This document shows positions 26,569-35,815 of a stretch of 41,575 nucleotides of DNA, one piece after another. Each line of letters starts with the position of its first letter. Positions within the stretch are counted from its first letter, which is position 1. Made by a program: the position numbers and the translations under genes. The notes under the pieces are model-generated. The model was given only the letters and a program-made list of their open reading frames with translations. It had not been told where the DNA came from and did not search any database. This stretch comes from an uncultured Streptococcus sp. (GTDB taxonomy: Bacteria > Bacillota > Bacilli > Lactobacillales > Streptococcaceae), in contig CAZPYI010000001.1 of NCBI GenBank assembly GCA_964590305.1, positions 1 through 41,575 on the forward strand, written 5' to 3'.

Positions 26569-27039
26569 TTAAACTCCTACAGTTTGCGCAAAGCCAAGAG
26601 TAATGGCTACCAAGTCACCGCTTACTTCAGTTGCATAATAATTTGTTGCGATTGTCGCAGCAGATACCTTAGTGATCTTGCCCTTGTTTGCACCAGTTAC
26701 AGCGATATAAACTTTATCACCGCGAGCAAATTTCTGACCAGTTACAGCTAATGCAATAACTTCATCACCATGCGAGAAGTGACCAATATCAGCAGTTTCA
26801 GATGCAGGGATCTTATCACCGAATACGCCACGAACAACAATACCATGAATAACATCAGTGTTTGCAGCTAAAGGCAAAATGCCACCAGTAGGGTTAACCT
26901 TAACAAATGTTCCAGCCAGCAAGTCTTCAGTACTAGCGTTTTTCTCACCCCAGACTTTATCATTTGAGCTTGACGCGCGTTTGATTGAACCAGCCTTAAA
27001 AATACCGCTTGGCGCATCCCATTCTGTAAAGTAAGTCAT
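26569..27039 (-). CDS. Capsid cement/decoration protein
   Basis: 156 aa Gly/Ala-rich beta protein between protease and MCP. Confidence 0.75.
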   Translation of the reverse strand: MTYFTEWDAPSGIFKAGSIKRASSSNDKVWGEKNASTEDLLAGTFVKVNPTGGILPLAANTDVIHGIVVRGVFGDKIPASETADIGHFSHGDEVIALAVTGQKFARGDKVYIAVTGANKGKITKVSAATIATNYYATEVSGDLVAITLGFAQTVGV

Positions 27040-28346
27040 TACTTACCTCCTAATCGTTGTGAAGCTGTTTTTGCATTAGCTTTATTGTCAGTTAATTTTT
27101 TACCAAAATCAGAAACAGGCTTAGAATCACGAACCGTTAAAGCCTGATAAGCTGAATTGATTTCGCAATCGCTTAATTTAACTGCTGAAGCATCGGTGTA
27201 AATGCCTTTTTGAACAAGCATTGATTGACGAACTTCACGCTGCGATTTATATGAATCAGCAAACTTAAGTTTAGGGAAACGAGCTTTAGCATCTGCAACA
27301 GCAGTTGTGGTTTCGCCTTCACCTTTAAGTTTAGCCAATTCAGCCTTAAGAGATTCAATCTCTGCATTAGCTTCAGTTAGTTTTGCTTCAGCTTCATCAG
27401 CACGAGCAACAGCATCATTACTCTCAGTTTCAAGCTCAGAGATATAGCCTGTTAATTCTTCAGGAATAGATACACCTTCAGGCAATGCAGCATCAGCAAC
27501 AGGGATTGCCTCAACAGCTTGCTCGACTTCATCAACAGATGAATCAGCACCATCAAGAATGTCAATAGCTTGCGTGATTTGATCCGATACAGTTGATACG
27601 CTTTCTAAAGCAGATTTCTTTTGCTCATCGGTTGCATCTGGATTGCTTAATACTGCTTCAACATCAGCTAAACTTTTCTTGACAGAATCATTTAGGGTTT
27701 TAGCGCTTGCTACTTTCTTTTTAGCATCACCAATCTTGCGAGCCACAGCTTTTTGTGCTGACGTTTTACCGCCAAGCATAAGTGCAATTGAGTCAGCAAT
27801 CGGTAAGCGCTTTTTAGGTTTTAAAGCCATTTGTTTTACCTTCTGTTTAGAATCACCAATCTTACAAGCTGAACCGCAACGACCTTCAGGCACAATTGCT
27901 AGATGATTAGCTCGAATATTTGTCTTGATAAGTTTACCATCTTTTTCAACTATGTCACTATCATAGCCTAAAGATACTTCTTCAATGCCGTTTTTTTCAA
28001 TCTCATCAATGATAGCTTTATCTTTGACAAAGATTGTGCCTTTGAGATAATCACCTTCTTGATAGATATTTTGAACATGACCAACTGCTAATTTCTTCCA
28101 GTCATCAATAGTAATCTCAAGCGCATCAGGATGGATAAAAGTAACGTCCACCCCCTCAATAGAATCAATAGTTTCTTGTGAGAATAATTCTTCTGGTGTG
28201 ACATGAACATCATGAAGATCTGTTGGCTTTAAACCCATTCCAAGCTCAGATCCTAAATACTCCATTGATCCGACACGAGCAATAACAACATTCTCTTTTA
28301 CAAAACCATCTTTTGTCTTGTTGAGTGATTTATCTATGAGTTTCAT
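27039..28346 (-). CDS. Prohead protease/scaffold (DUF2213-like)
   Basis: IARVG...Y...E, ELFS.ETI.S, T..HP, EVSLGY, NHLAIV..GRCG..CKIGD; acidic coiled-coil C-terminus. Confidence 0.9.
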   Translation of the reverse strand: MKLIDKSLNKTKDGFVKENVVIARVGSMEYLGSELGMGLKPTDLHDVHVTPEELFSQETIDSIEGVDVTFIHPDALEITIDDWKKLAVGHVQNIYQEGDYLKGTIFVKDKAIIDEIEKNGIEEVSLGYDSDIVEKDGKLIKTNIRANHLAIVPEGRCGSACKIGDSKQKVKQMALKPKKRLPIADSIALMLGGKTSAQKAVARKIGDAKKKVASAKTLNDSVKKSLADVEAVLSNPDATDEQKKSALESVSTVSDQITQAIDILDGADSSVDEVEQAVEAIPVADAALPEGVSIPEELTGYISELETESNDAVARADEAEAKLTEANAEIESLKAELAKLKGEGETTTAVADAKARFPKLKFADSYKSQREVRQSMLVQKGIYTDASAVKLSDCEINSAYQALTVRDSKPVSDFGKKLTDNKANAKTASQRLGGK

Positions 28347-28420
28347 ATAAACCCTTTTTAGTCAGCCTTTCGCAATAGATTTCTATATAGATCATTAGCT
28401 TCTAGCTTTCGCTTATTGTA

Positions 28421-28543
28421 CTATTCATTGAATAGACTTTTGGTTTCTTCTTCAAGCCAAGCATGAAATCCTTTGTCAATAACATCTTGCATACTAATAA
28501 TCTTTTTCTCAAGCATTGCAAGTCTTTCTTCAATATCACACAT
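28421..28543 (-). CDS. Small hypothetical protein (not in ORF track)
   Basis: 40 aa MCDIEERLAMLEKK...SLFNE; GAGGTG RBS. Confidence 0.55.
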   Translation of the reverse strand: MCDIEERLAMLEKKIISMQDVIDKGFHAWLEEETKSLFNE

Positions 28544-28590
28544 AAAAACACCTCTTATCAATAAATTTGATTATACAATATTAAAGGCAT

Positions 28591-28615
28591 AAAAAAAGCC
28601 CCTAATTTAGAGGCT
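28591..28615 (-). terminator. Intrinsic terminator
   Basis: AGCCTCTA-aat-TAGGGGCT followed by a T run. Confidence 0.8.
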
Positions 28616-28753
28616 GATTTCGTGTTTTAGATTTTCCTTATTCTTTTCGATTTCCCTTATGTGTTTATTAAACATTGCTCTTTGTAAAAACCAACCGAAA
28701 GTCACAATTAATGAATACCATAACAGTAAAAATATAATAATGTTTTTAATCAT
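28607..28753 (-). CDS. Small membrane protein (not in ORF track)
   Basis: 48 aa MIKNIIIFLLLWYSLIVTFGWFLQ...; GGAG RBS. Confidence 0.55.
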   Translation of the reverse strand: MIKNIIIFLLLWYSLIVTFGWFLQRAMFNKHIREIEKNKENLKHEISL

Positions 28754-28784
28754 TTTAATTTCTCCAATCCCGATTAAAGGGGCT

Positions 28785-28949
28785 TTATTTTAAACAACCT
28801 GAGAAACAAGTATTAAAAGTTTTTTGGGATTTTTCAGACTTGAAATGACTTAATGGTCTTTCTTTCCAATACAAAACCCAATCCTCAATAGAAAAGCATT
28901 CTTCTAGGTAGGATCGAGTAAACCCCCTTAATGTTTCTTCACTATTCAT
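28785..28949 (-). pseudogene. Truncated remnant of an HNH homing endonuclease gene
   Basis: 54 aa ...YLEECFS....VLYWKERPLSHFKSEKSQKTFNTCFSG; resembles the N-terminus of phage HNH endonucleases but stops before any HNH motif. Confidence 0.6.
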
Positions 28950-29247
28950 TGGTTGTTCCTTTTAGTATGTCCACAATATCATCTAGTAAAACTTTTCCTT
29001 GCCTACCCTCCAGCATATCTAATGCCTCGCTTATTCTTGATTTCAGGCGCATATAAGATTCATGCCATTCTTTTCGGCAGTCATCAGAATAAGTAAATGC
29101 GTTATACATTGCATCGTATTTTCTTTGCAACTCATCAATCTCGGCTTGTTGAATTATCCAAGCTTCATCAAATGCAAGTCTTGAAAAATCTTCTACAGAA
29201 TAATTATTTTCATCATGTTGTTTGTAAAAATCATCAAACTCGCTCAT
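28942..29247 (-). CDS. Hypothetical protein
   Basis: 101 aa; AW..QQAEIDEL coiled-coil motif. Confidence 0.7.
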   Translation of the reverse strand: MSEFDDFYKQHDENNYSVEDFSRLAFDEAWIIQQAEIDELQRKYDAMYNAFTYSDDCRKEWHESYMRLKSRISEALDMLEGRQGKVLLDDIVDILKGTTNE

Positions 29248-29322
29248 ATTACTTTCCTACAATCAATAAAATTAAAAACAAACCAACAAATAAAACAGTG
29301 CAAAATGTATCTTTACTCACAA

Positions 29323-29619
29323 TCACATCTCCTTTAGTTCGGCTAGGGTGGTTGTTTTAAAAAAATCAGCATTTATTTTTATATCACTAACAATCCAATA
29401 ATAACCTTTATGGGTTGTTATAATGAATTTCTCCATATTAAGATCAGAGGAAATAAGCACATAACCTCTTTTCTCCAACTCCCTCACCACCTCATCAAGT
29501 GGATTTTGGTCGTTAATTTGGATTTTTAGGTTTTTAAATCCACTAAAACTAAAAGTAACCTTCGGTAGATTTCTTTCTTTTTTATCTTGCTCTGTTAGTT
29601 CTGCTACTTCTATTTTCAT
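29323..29619 (-). CDS. Hypothetical protein
   Basis: 98 aa; AGGAGG RBS; LKI...LDE.....GY...TTLAELKEM similar to the N-terminus of 38108-39043. Confidence 0.7.
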   Translation of the reverse strand: MKIEVAELTEQDKKERNLPKVTFSFSGFKNLKIQINDQNPLDEVVRELEKRGYVLISSDLNMEKFIITTHKGYYWIVSDIKINADFFKTTTLAELKEM

Positions 29620-29637
29620 ACACCCTCCTAAAACCTT

Positions 29638-29685
29638 ACTTTACCAATTTTCAATTGTTGCGACTAATGAATAAAAGTTATGAGT
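29638..29685 (-). promoter_or_regulatory. Conserved phage promoter, copy 3
   Basis: ACTCATAA-N6-TTCATTA-N21-TAAAGT. Confidence 0.75.
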
Positions 29686-29688
29686 TAA

Positions 29689-29895
29689 TTATCTCTTTAA
29701 CTTAAATCTATTACTTTTCTTGAATAATAATACAATTTCATCATGGTCAAATGACTTCCATAACGTCTGCCACTTGTTTAAATTCCAACTCCAAATCCAA
29801 AGACTAGAACCATTCATAAAGAATAGTTCACCCATGTATTTATGGGTTGGTCTGCTATTTCTTGTTGGTCTTATCTTTGACCTCACACCAACCAC
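29689..29895 (-). CDS. Hypothetical protein
   Basis: 68 aa ORF with GTG start. Confidence 0.55.
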   Translation of the reverse strand: MVGVRSKIRPTRNSRPTHKYMGELFFMNGSSLWIWSWNLNKWQTLWKSFDHDEIVLLFKKSNRFKLKR

Positions 29896-30008
29896 CTCAC
29901 GAACTTTTCACCCTTGTAAATTCCAACCTTACAGCCATGCTTGTAAGCCCATTGCACCGCATCAAATGCTTTGTTAAATTCAATGCCTGTTATTGTTTTA
30001 TAGATCAT
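29883..30008 (-). CDS. Small hypothetical protein (not in ORF track)
   Basis: 41 aa MIYKTITGIEFNKAFDAVQWAY...; GGAG RBS. Confidence 0.55.
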   Translation of the reverse strand: MIYKTITGIEFNKAFDAVQWAYKHGCKVGIYKGEKFVRWLV

Positions 30009-30099
30009 TTAATTCTCCAACTTTACAAAGTAAAACCCAATAAATATTCCCAATTAAAACCAATAAAGCAGATAGCACCATGCTAAATAAAATTATCAT
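29998..30099 (-). CDS. Small hydrophobic peptide (not in ORF track)
   Basis: 33 aa MIILFSMVLSALLVLIGNIYWVLLC...; ATGA overlap. Confidence 0.45.
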   Translation of the reverse strand: MIILFSMVLSALLVLIGNIYWVLLCKVGELNDL

Positions 30100-30257
30100 T
30101 TCACACCTACTATGCAATAAGTTGCTTTCACTCTTGATTTAGCGTAGTAATTATTAGCATTAACTTGGCATTGCTTCATATTAGCTTGCGGTATAGCAAC
30201 ACTACCGCCACCGTTATTCACACCAAAAACCAACACAAGATATACAACGTTAATCAT
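30096..30257 (-). CDS. Small Cys-pair protein (not in ORF track)
   Basis: 53 aa MINVVYLVLVFG...MKQC...TYCIVGVK; AGGAGGGAG RBS. Confidence 0.65.
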   Translation of the reverse strand: MINVVYLVLVFGVNNGGGSVAIPQANMKQCQVNANNYYAKSRVKATYCIVGVK

Positions 30258-30283
30258 AATAATCTCCCTCCTATGTACCCATA

Positions 30284-30658
30284 TTAATCTAAATTACTGT
30301 TGTTAATTTCTTTGTAGCATTCCATCAATTCGTTAAAGTTATCTGATAGCTCTAACAATGATTTCTCCAAATCATTAACCCCATCTATAACTTTTTTTGC
30401 CTTATCTGCCAGCTCATCATGTTTTCTTATAGCCTCATCAACATATCCAACGTCTTTAAATAGATCATAGTATTCAGGGTAAATACTTCTTGCTGGTAAT
30501 CCTGTGGCCTTCATTAAAACTTCAGCATGACGTATAGGAAGTATTGTTTTCTTTGCTGAAAAAAACTTTGTCACTGCTGGCTGCGTAACATTCAAAGCCT
30601 CAGCAAGACGGCTCATATTTCCTCTTTTTGAATACACCCACTCTTTTAAATCTTTCAT
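30284..30658 (-). CDS. Cro/YdaS-like HTH transcriptional regulator with C-terminal coiled coil
   Basis: GNMSRLAEALNVTQPAVTKF HTH; ATGL....IYPE; AAGGAG RBS. Confidence 0.8.
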   Translation of the reverse strand: MKDLKEWVYSKRGNMSRLAEALNVTQPAVTKFFSAKKTILPIRHAEVLMKATGLPARSIYPEYYDLFKDVGYVDEAIRKHDELADKAKKVIDGVNDLEKSLLELSDNFNELMECYKEINNSNLD

Positions 30659-30750
30659 ATATTCTCCTTTTGTTATAATTATTATCGCAAATTATAAAAA
30701 TAAATAAAAATTCATAATTCTAATATACTTATCATTTTTTCTTATGCATT

Positions 30751-30773
30751 AAAAAACCACCCCGAAAGGTGGC
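30751..30773 (-). terminator. Intrinsic terminator
   Basis: GCCACC-tttcgg-GGTGGT-TTTTT. Confidence 0.8.
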
Positions 30774-30779
30774 TGTAAA

Positions 30780-31703
30780 TCAAATAAGATTTATTTGAAG
30801 TTCTTTGGATTTTGTGTTTATCATTTTCAAAATATCCTCTGGTATTTGAGAAAAACACTCTGTGTTACCTGCAAAGTAAATATACGGGATATATTTATAC
30901 TTTTTTAGAAGTCTATGAATTTGAAGCTCAAGACCATGTATAAATCCAGCATTTTCCTTTATCTCGGATATCACATCAAAACTATAAGGCATTGACTTAG
31001 AACCTCTAAATCTATTTTTCACAGTTTTAGTTGTTATGCCAACCTTATAAAAAGACTCAGTATCATTATAACACTTAATCAAATAAAGACGTGACAATCC
31101 ATTGTGATAGTCATCACATAACTTAATGTACTTATCAGCTCGCCAAAGCCCAGACGATTTCTCTATTCCGCATTTCCTACAACCCTTCCCTTTCAAGTGA
31201 TTTGATGGAGTTTGGAAGAACAACCCATGTATATTACACACAATCCCAACACTTGTTTTTGAATTAACATACCCATTATCTTCTGGATACCTATAGGTAT
31301 TTCCATGTACCAATATTGATTTTTTAGTAAAATTCTTGTGATCAAGCGCTTGTTTTGTCTTTGTGATTTCAAATCCACACTTCTGACAGCCATGACCTTT
31401 TAAGTGATTATGTATCTTTTGTTTAAAATCCCCGTGAACAGGGCATGTTATGATTATATACCCATTACTAAATAATTCACTATTTATTAAGTATGTATAC
31501 TTATCACCATGAGCCAGCTTGGCTTTTGATAGAAAATCTAATGGTCTAATAGTTTTTAGTTCTTTTTTATATCCGTTATTTATCTGAACTTCACGATAAC
31601 AAGATATTGAACAGAAAACTCTGATTTTCCCTTTATTTACATATTCAAATTGAATTTTGCAATTTCTACATATAGAATGTTTATAATTCATGGCATATCC
31701 CAA
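30780..31703 (-). CDS. Putative free-standing homing endonuclease: Zn-ribbon repeats plus GIY-YIG-like C-terminal domain
   Basis: N-terminal CRNC...FCS..C; two C..HG.F.Q...NHLKG.GC.KC repeats; LYLIKC...FYKVGIT...R...E. Confidence 0.75.
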   Translation of the reverse strand: MGYAMNYKHSICRNCKIQFEYVNKGKIRVFCSISCYREVQINNGYKKELKTIRPLDFLSKAKLAHGDKYTYLINSELFSNGYIIITCPVHGDFKQKIHNHLKGHGCQKCGFEITKTKQALDHKNFTKKSILVHGNTYRYPEDNGYVNSKTSVGIVCNIHGLFFQTPSNHLKGKGCRKCGIEKSSGLWRADKYIKLCDDYHNGLSRLYLIKCYNDTESFYKVGITTKTVKNRFRGSKSMPYSFDVISEIKENAGFIHGLELQIHRLLKKYKYIPYIYFAGNTECFSQIPEDILKMINTKSKELQINLI

Positions 31704-31720
31704 ATTTATGCTAATGATAG

Positions 31721-31771
31721 AATCCCAGATTTACTTCAAATATTTCTGGGATTTGTTTTTATATTATATCA
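31721..31771 (-). promoter_or_regulatory. Extended -10 promoter and leader hairpin for the endonuclease gene
   Basis: TGA-TATAAT at 31771-31763; inverted repeat AATCCCAGA/TCTGGGATT. Confidence 0.65.
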
Positions 31772-32587
31772 AAAATTAACAACTGGTAACATATTGCAGC
31801 GACAATTTATGTCAACAGTAGGGTGATTAAGTGTTGCTCCGATACTCCTCCTGTTCTTCCATGTCTTTCCATTATCATCACTGTATACCGTTGGGTCGTC
31901 AATTTTACACAACATTCCATTAAGAACTCTGTGACTTGTTCTTTCCCTCTCATCTGCAACACCTGACCATATATAAGTCTTTGAACCAAGCGCTTGAGAT
32001 CTAACCTTAACAAGTGAGCCATTAAGCTTTGATGTTTGATCCCTTGCGATTAACTTAGCTCGACTTTCAGATACATTAAAATCTTCTTTGATCTGAGTAA
32101 TCAAGTTTGTACTTCTCTCACCAGATTGAACGTTGGTCATGATTGTTGTGGATATGCGTTGCTTAAACTCGGTAGACATGTTGGTGATCAATGAGGCATT
32201 CAGTTCACGATCAATATCAAGCTGATCACGTACAGCCTTACCACTTGATGTTAATGCACCTTGAAGATCAATGCCAAGCGAACCACTTACTTGTGAGTTA
32301 AAGCGGTCTGCATTGGTTTTATTAGCCCTACCAGTGACACGGCTTGCAATTGATTTAGCAATACCCGACAAGTCTAAAGCATCCAACCTTTCAAAGATTC
32401 TATTCATCTTTGCAGTTAGACTTTTAAAGTAGTCAGGCAAAGCATCATTAATTGGATCTGGCTCTCTAAGCTCATCCAAAGCAATATCAAGCATGTGGCG
32501 CAAGAGAGCATTTAACTCTCTGCGATACATTACCTCAAGCTGTTTAGAAGGTGAAACCTTGCGGATCTTTCTCATAGTTAGGATCAT
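31769..32587 (-). CDS. Head morphogenesis protein (SPP1 gp7 / Mu F family)
   Basis: RAKLIARDQTSKLNG, Y.W....DERER.SH, HP..DINCRC. Confidence 0.92.
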   Translation of the reverse strand: MILTMRKIRKVSPSKQLEVMYRRELNALLRHMLDIALDELREPDPINDALPDYFKSLTAKMNRIFERLDALDLSGIAKSIASRVTGRANKTNADRFNSQVSGSLGIDLQGALTSSGKAVRDQLDIDRELNASLITNMSTEFKQRISTTIMTNVQSGERSTNLITQIKEDFNVSESRAKLIARDQTSKLNGSLVKVRSQALGSKTYIWSGVADERERTSHRVLNGMLCKIDDPTVYSDDNGKTWKNRRSIGATLNHPTVDINCRCNMLPVVNF

Positions 32588-33872
32588 TCACAATAGCTCT
32601 CAATGCCTCAATATCAGCATCACTGATTGAAGCAACCAAGCCTTTTAGTTTAACTTCAGATGCAACCTGAACCGCATCCACCGCATCCATATCATACAAG
32701 ACTTTAAGAGTATCCACGATAAGTTTAGCAATCTCAGCTTGCTCTTTCTCGCTTCTATCTCGAATAGTTGGGAAATCATAATCTAAGAATTTAAGATTAA
32801 AATTCTCATCCTCTTGCTTAAATTCATCAAGCATAAACACATCAAAGAAGTTCCAAGCTGGTCTAACATATCTCTCTTGACTCGCGTTAATTTCTTCATA
32901 GTAAATCTTGTTATCTTCCTCACCTGAAGCAAAACCACCAGCACCTTGACCATACATTCGCATTAAAGGCATTGCACATGATGCAGACACATCAACACGA
33001 GCATCGGCAAGAACACCAGTAATACCAGTGAATGCCATTTCCTTTTGTTCCCACTCTGCATCCTGATCAATCATCAACATGTTAGATAATGACTTGACCG
33101 TCTTCATGGATAAGCCAAGCTTAACAAAGTTCTCCTCTTGCCCGTCAGCCATTGACTCGTTGTAATCTTTAATCTTGATTACATCGGTCTTGGCTTCTTC
33201 AACCATGTCACTAATACCAGTCTTAGCAGTATCATATGCAACAAGCGAATCCCAAATAGAGTTAACCTCAGATACGCCATAAGACTGGCGACCACCTTGT
33301 AATTTTTTCTTAACTGTTTTACGCCCACATACCAATCTACACACACGGCTATGGTGGATCTCTTGCTCATCACCAATCGTCAACTTGTATGAGTAAGGCT
33401 CTCCAAAGTGTGGACTTGCAATATCTTTAATAACTGTTGAGCTTGGAACGTATGATGTTTTATCAAACACAATAAAAGAAACCAATTCCTCTTGCTCAAG
33501 GTCAAGCAATCCATTGTAGTTTACTTCCTCTCCACTTCCAGCCATCTTAGTTACAGCAAATATTACAGCATCACCATACAAGCGCCCCCAATTGAGATAT
33601 TCCTCAAGCTTCGTGAACACCTGATACTTTAAACAGAATTGTTCAATCTTCTTGTCAATGTCTGCACCAATATCAGTTTTAATCTCACGATCAACACGCA
33701 ACATATCTGTAGTCTTGCCATTGATAAACTTCTTAACAATCCAATTGTCATCATAAAGGATCGCCAAAACATTATCAGTAAGCTTTCGATTTCGCTTATA
33801 CGTTCTAGCTTCTGAACGTTCCCCCAGTGAGTTATTGGCACTCACAATGCCGTCATTTAATTTAGTCATCAC
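32544..33872 (-). CDS. Portal protein (DUF1073-like)
   Basis: WGRLYG, HFGEP..Y, IHHSRV, P..R.YGQ...GF.SGE.D...YY; follows TerL. Confidence 0.9.
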   Translation of the reverse strand: MMTKLNDGIVSANNSLGERSEARTYKRNRKLTDNVLAILYDDNWIVKKFINGKTTDMLRVDREIKTDIGADIDKKIEQFCLKYQVFTKLEEYLNWGRLYGDAVIFAVTKMAGSGEEVNYNGLLDLEQEELVSFIVFDKTSYVPSSTVIKDIASPHFGEPYSYKLTIGDEQEIHHSRVCRLVCGRKTVKKKLQGGRQSYGVSEVNSIWDSLVAYDTAKTGISDMVEEAKTDVIKIKDYNESMADGQEENFVKLGLSMKTVKSLSNMLMIDQDAEWEQKEMAFTGITGVLADARVDVSASCAMPLMRMYGQGAGGFASGEEDNKIYYEEINASQERYVRPAWNFFDVFMLDEFKQEDENFNLKFLDYDFPTIRDRSEKEQAEIAKLIVDTLKVLYDMDAVDAVQVASEVKLKGLVASISDADIEALRAIVNDPNYEKDPQGFTF

Positions 33873-35317
33873 ATAGCATCCAACATAGAAACACCACCGC
33901 TTGTTAATTCTGCAATAGCCATTACCAGCGCATCAACTTGGTCATCATGTTTGTGACTATCAGTAGCGGTAAAAGCTTCACACTCAGTTATAAAATCATT
34001 TATCCATTCTGCATCATTTGGCAAATAAATGTAACCTGATTCAATGTAACCTTGAACACCTAGTACGCGAGTATATTTATCCGTATCAACTTGAACACCA
34101 TGAATAGGTATTCTTTGTTTACGCTGGATATTCTGAATCAAACTTGTTCCGCTTGACTTGTCCTCAACATAAACCTTATGAACACCCATTGATCGGTATT
34201 TATTCCAAACATCAGAAACCTTTTGTTCAAGCTCTGGTGCTTCCCATTTACCACGGATCAAATCAATTATATAAATACCGCCATCATTGGCTAGCCCAGC
34301 AACAATTAAAACAGAGTAGTCATTATGTTGCTTAGTCTTTTGTGCTGTATCAGCAGTGATGATTATACGTTTAAATCTAGGTGCAACACCATAACGTTTA
34401 AACCATATACCTTTAATTATGTCACCACCTTTTGAGGATGGTCGCTGTTGATATAGAGCGTTCCACGTTTGAGTACCTACAGCCTTTCTAATCTTTCCTA
34501 AGTGTTCAGTGTTATAGCGCTCAGGATGTAACGCATCACCTTCTTTACGATATTCCTCATCTTGTTCAGCAATAGCTGGAAATGAAACTACACGCCATTG
34601 ATCACCACCTTTCTTTGCTTCATCAAGCAATCGACCTGCCAAGTCGTCCTCATGCCAACGTGTCATACCTAGCAAAATGCCACTCTTTGGCGATAGCCGC
34701 GTGTAAAAGGTTGAGGTGTACCAATCCCACACGCTATCCCTTACAGTCTGTGAATTGGCTTCTTTAGCATCTTTAACAGGGTCATCAATAATGGCAATAT
34801 CTGCACCCATACCCGTAATACCACCGCCAACACCCGCAGAACGATACGCACCGCTATGGCCTGCAATCTCAAATATCTCACTATTGCGGATGTTTTTATT
34901 CGAGTTCGCCACGCCACTTGTGTTTGTGCTGAATGATGTGTCGGGGAAAATATCGCTGTATTCTTGGCTATCAATGATGCGCTGAACATCCCTATTCATA
35001 CGACTAGACAAGTCGGCAGAATATGAGGCTGCGATCATTTGTAAATCAGGATTTTTACCGAATGCCCATGCAGGAAACCTACGACTAAATAACTCAGACT
35101 TACCCGAACGTGGCGGGGCTTGAATCAATAGCCGTGGTTGCTTCCCTGCCATCACATCATAGTAAAACTGCTGTAATTCTTGAGCAATGATTTTGTTAAA
35201 CCACCCTTGTTGAAAGTTCGGCATTGTGTAGCTGACAAAATCAATTAACGATCTACGTGCCAGCTCCGCTTTCACTTGCTTGTGCAATGATGTTGTCAAG
35301 ATTTCGTAATTGCTCAT
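33869..35317 (-). CDS. terL: Terminase large subunit
   Basis: Walker A PPRSGKS, GITG.GAD.AIIDDP.K, MTRWHEDD; nuclease DTA...DYS...HDDQVDA. Confidence 0.97.
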   Translation of the reverse strand: MSNYEILTTSLHKQVKAELARRSLIDFVSYTMPNFQQGWFNKIIAQELQQFYYDVMAGKQPRLLIQAPPRSGKSELFSRRFPAWAFGKNPDLQMIAASYSADLSSRMNRDVQRIIDSQEYSDIFPDTSFSTNTSGVANSNKNIRNSEIFEIAGHSGAYRSAGVGGGITGMGADIAIIDDPVKDAKEANSQTVRDSVWDWYTSTFYTRLSPKSGILLGMTRWHEDDLAGRLLDEAKKGGDQWRVVSFPAIAEQDEEYRKEGDALHPERYNTEHLGKIRKAVGTQTWNALYQQRPSSKGGDIIKGIWFKRYGVAPRFKRIIITADTAQKTKQHNDYSVLIVAGLANDGGIYIIDLIRGKWEAPELEQKVSDVWNKYRSMGVHKVYVEDKSSGTSLIQNIQRKQRIPIHGVQVDTDKYTRVLGVQGYIESGYIYLPNDAEWINDFITECEAFTATDSHKHDDQVDALVMAIAELTSGGVSMLDAM

Positions 35318-35732
35318 CTGATAACTTACTCACATCTAATGATGGTTTATTCAAGCTTTTCCCATTGGTTGTTATATCAATAATCTTTTTATCAAGCCCT
35401 AGTAATTTAGCCTTACCCATTGTTGCTGATACAGCAGCAGCCGTTTGGGGTTTTTCCAGTTCCGGGCTTAATGCAATCTTCCTAGCTTCCTCTAGCTCAA
35501 GTAGCAAAGTATCAATTGTAATGTTGTGGCGCTTCTTATGTTCATTCCTAATCTGCTCAACCCTTACCGATACCTTACCGCTAGAAAGTAACTCACTAGC
35601 CTTAACATGAACTGTATTTTCATTCATTGAGTCAGCATCATAAGATTGTCTATATGCCTCACTAGCATTACCCAACTCTATGTATAATTGACAGAAACTT
35701 TCCTGCTTTGGTGTTAAATTTAATTCACTCAC
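35253..35732 (-). CDS. terS: Terminase small subunit
   Basis: LTPKQE.FCQ.YIE.GNASEAYR.SY, GKAKLLGL; upstream of TerL. Confidence 0.92.
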   Translation of the reverse strand: MSELNLTPKQESFCQLYIELGNASEAYRQSYDADSMNENTVHVKASELLSSGKVSVRVEQIRNEHKKRHNITIDTLLLELEEARKIALSPELEKPQTAAAVSATMGKAKLLGLDKKIIDITTNGKSLNKPSLDVSKLSDEQLRNLDNIIAQASESGAGT

Positions 35733-35762
35733 ACCTAAAAACCCTCCAAAAATTCACACCTC

Positions 35763-35800
35763 AATATACCATAAAAATAAAGCCCACACATGGCAGGCTT
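35763..35800 (-). promoter_or_regulatory. Imperfect terminator followed by an extended -10 box upstream of terS
   Basis: AAGCCTGC...GTGGGCTT-TATTTTT then TGG-TATATT. Confidence 0.5.
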
Positions 35801-35815
35801 GTTATCAATAAGATT

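Noticed and set aside
29248-29325. 25-codon hydrophobic mini-ORF between 29323-29619 and 28942-29247
   Set aside because: Plausible gap filler but too short and low-complexity to support from sequence alone
30284-30658. Lysogeny (CI) repressor and temperate switch
   Set aside because: No peptidase S24 domain, no divergent partner gene, and no integrase or partition genes in a nearly complete genome
32544-33872. Anti-CBASS Acb1 label often attached to DUF1073 proteins
   Set aside because: Size and position between TerL and head morphogenesis indicate the portal; no separate 2H-phosphoesterase domain is evident
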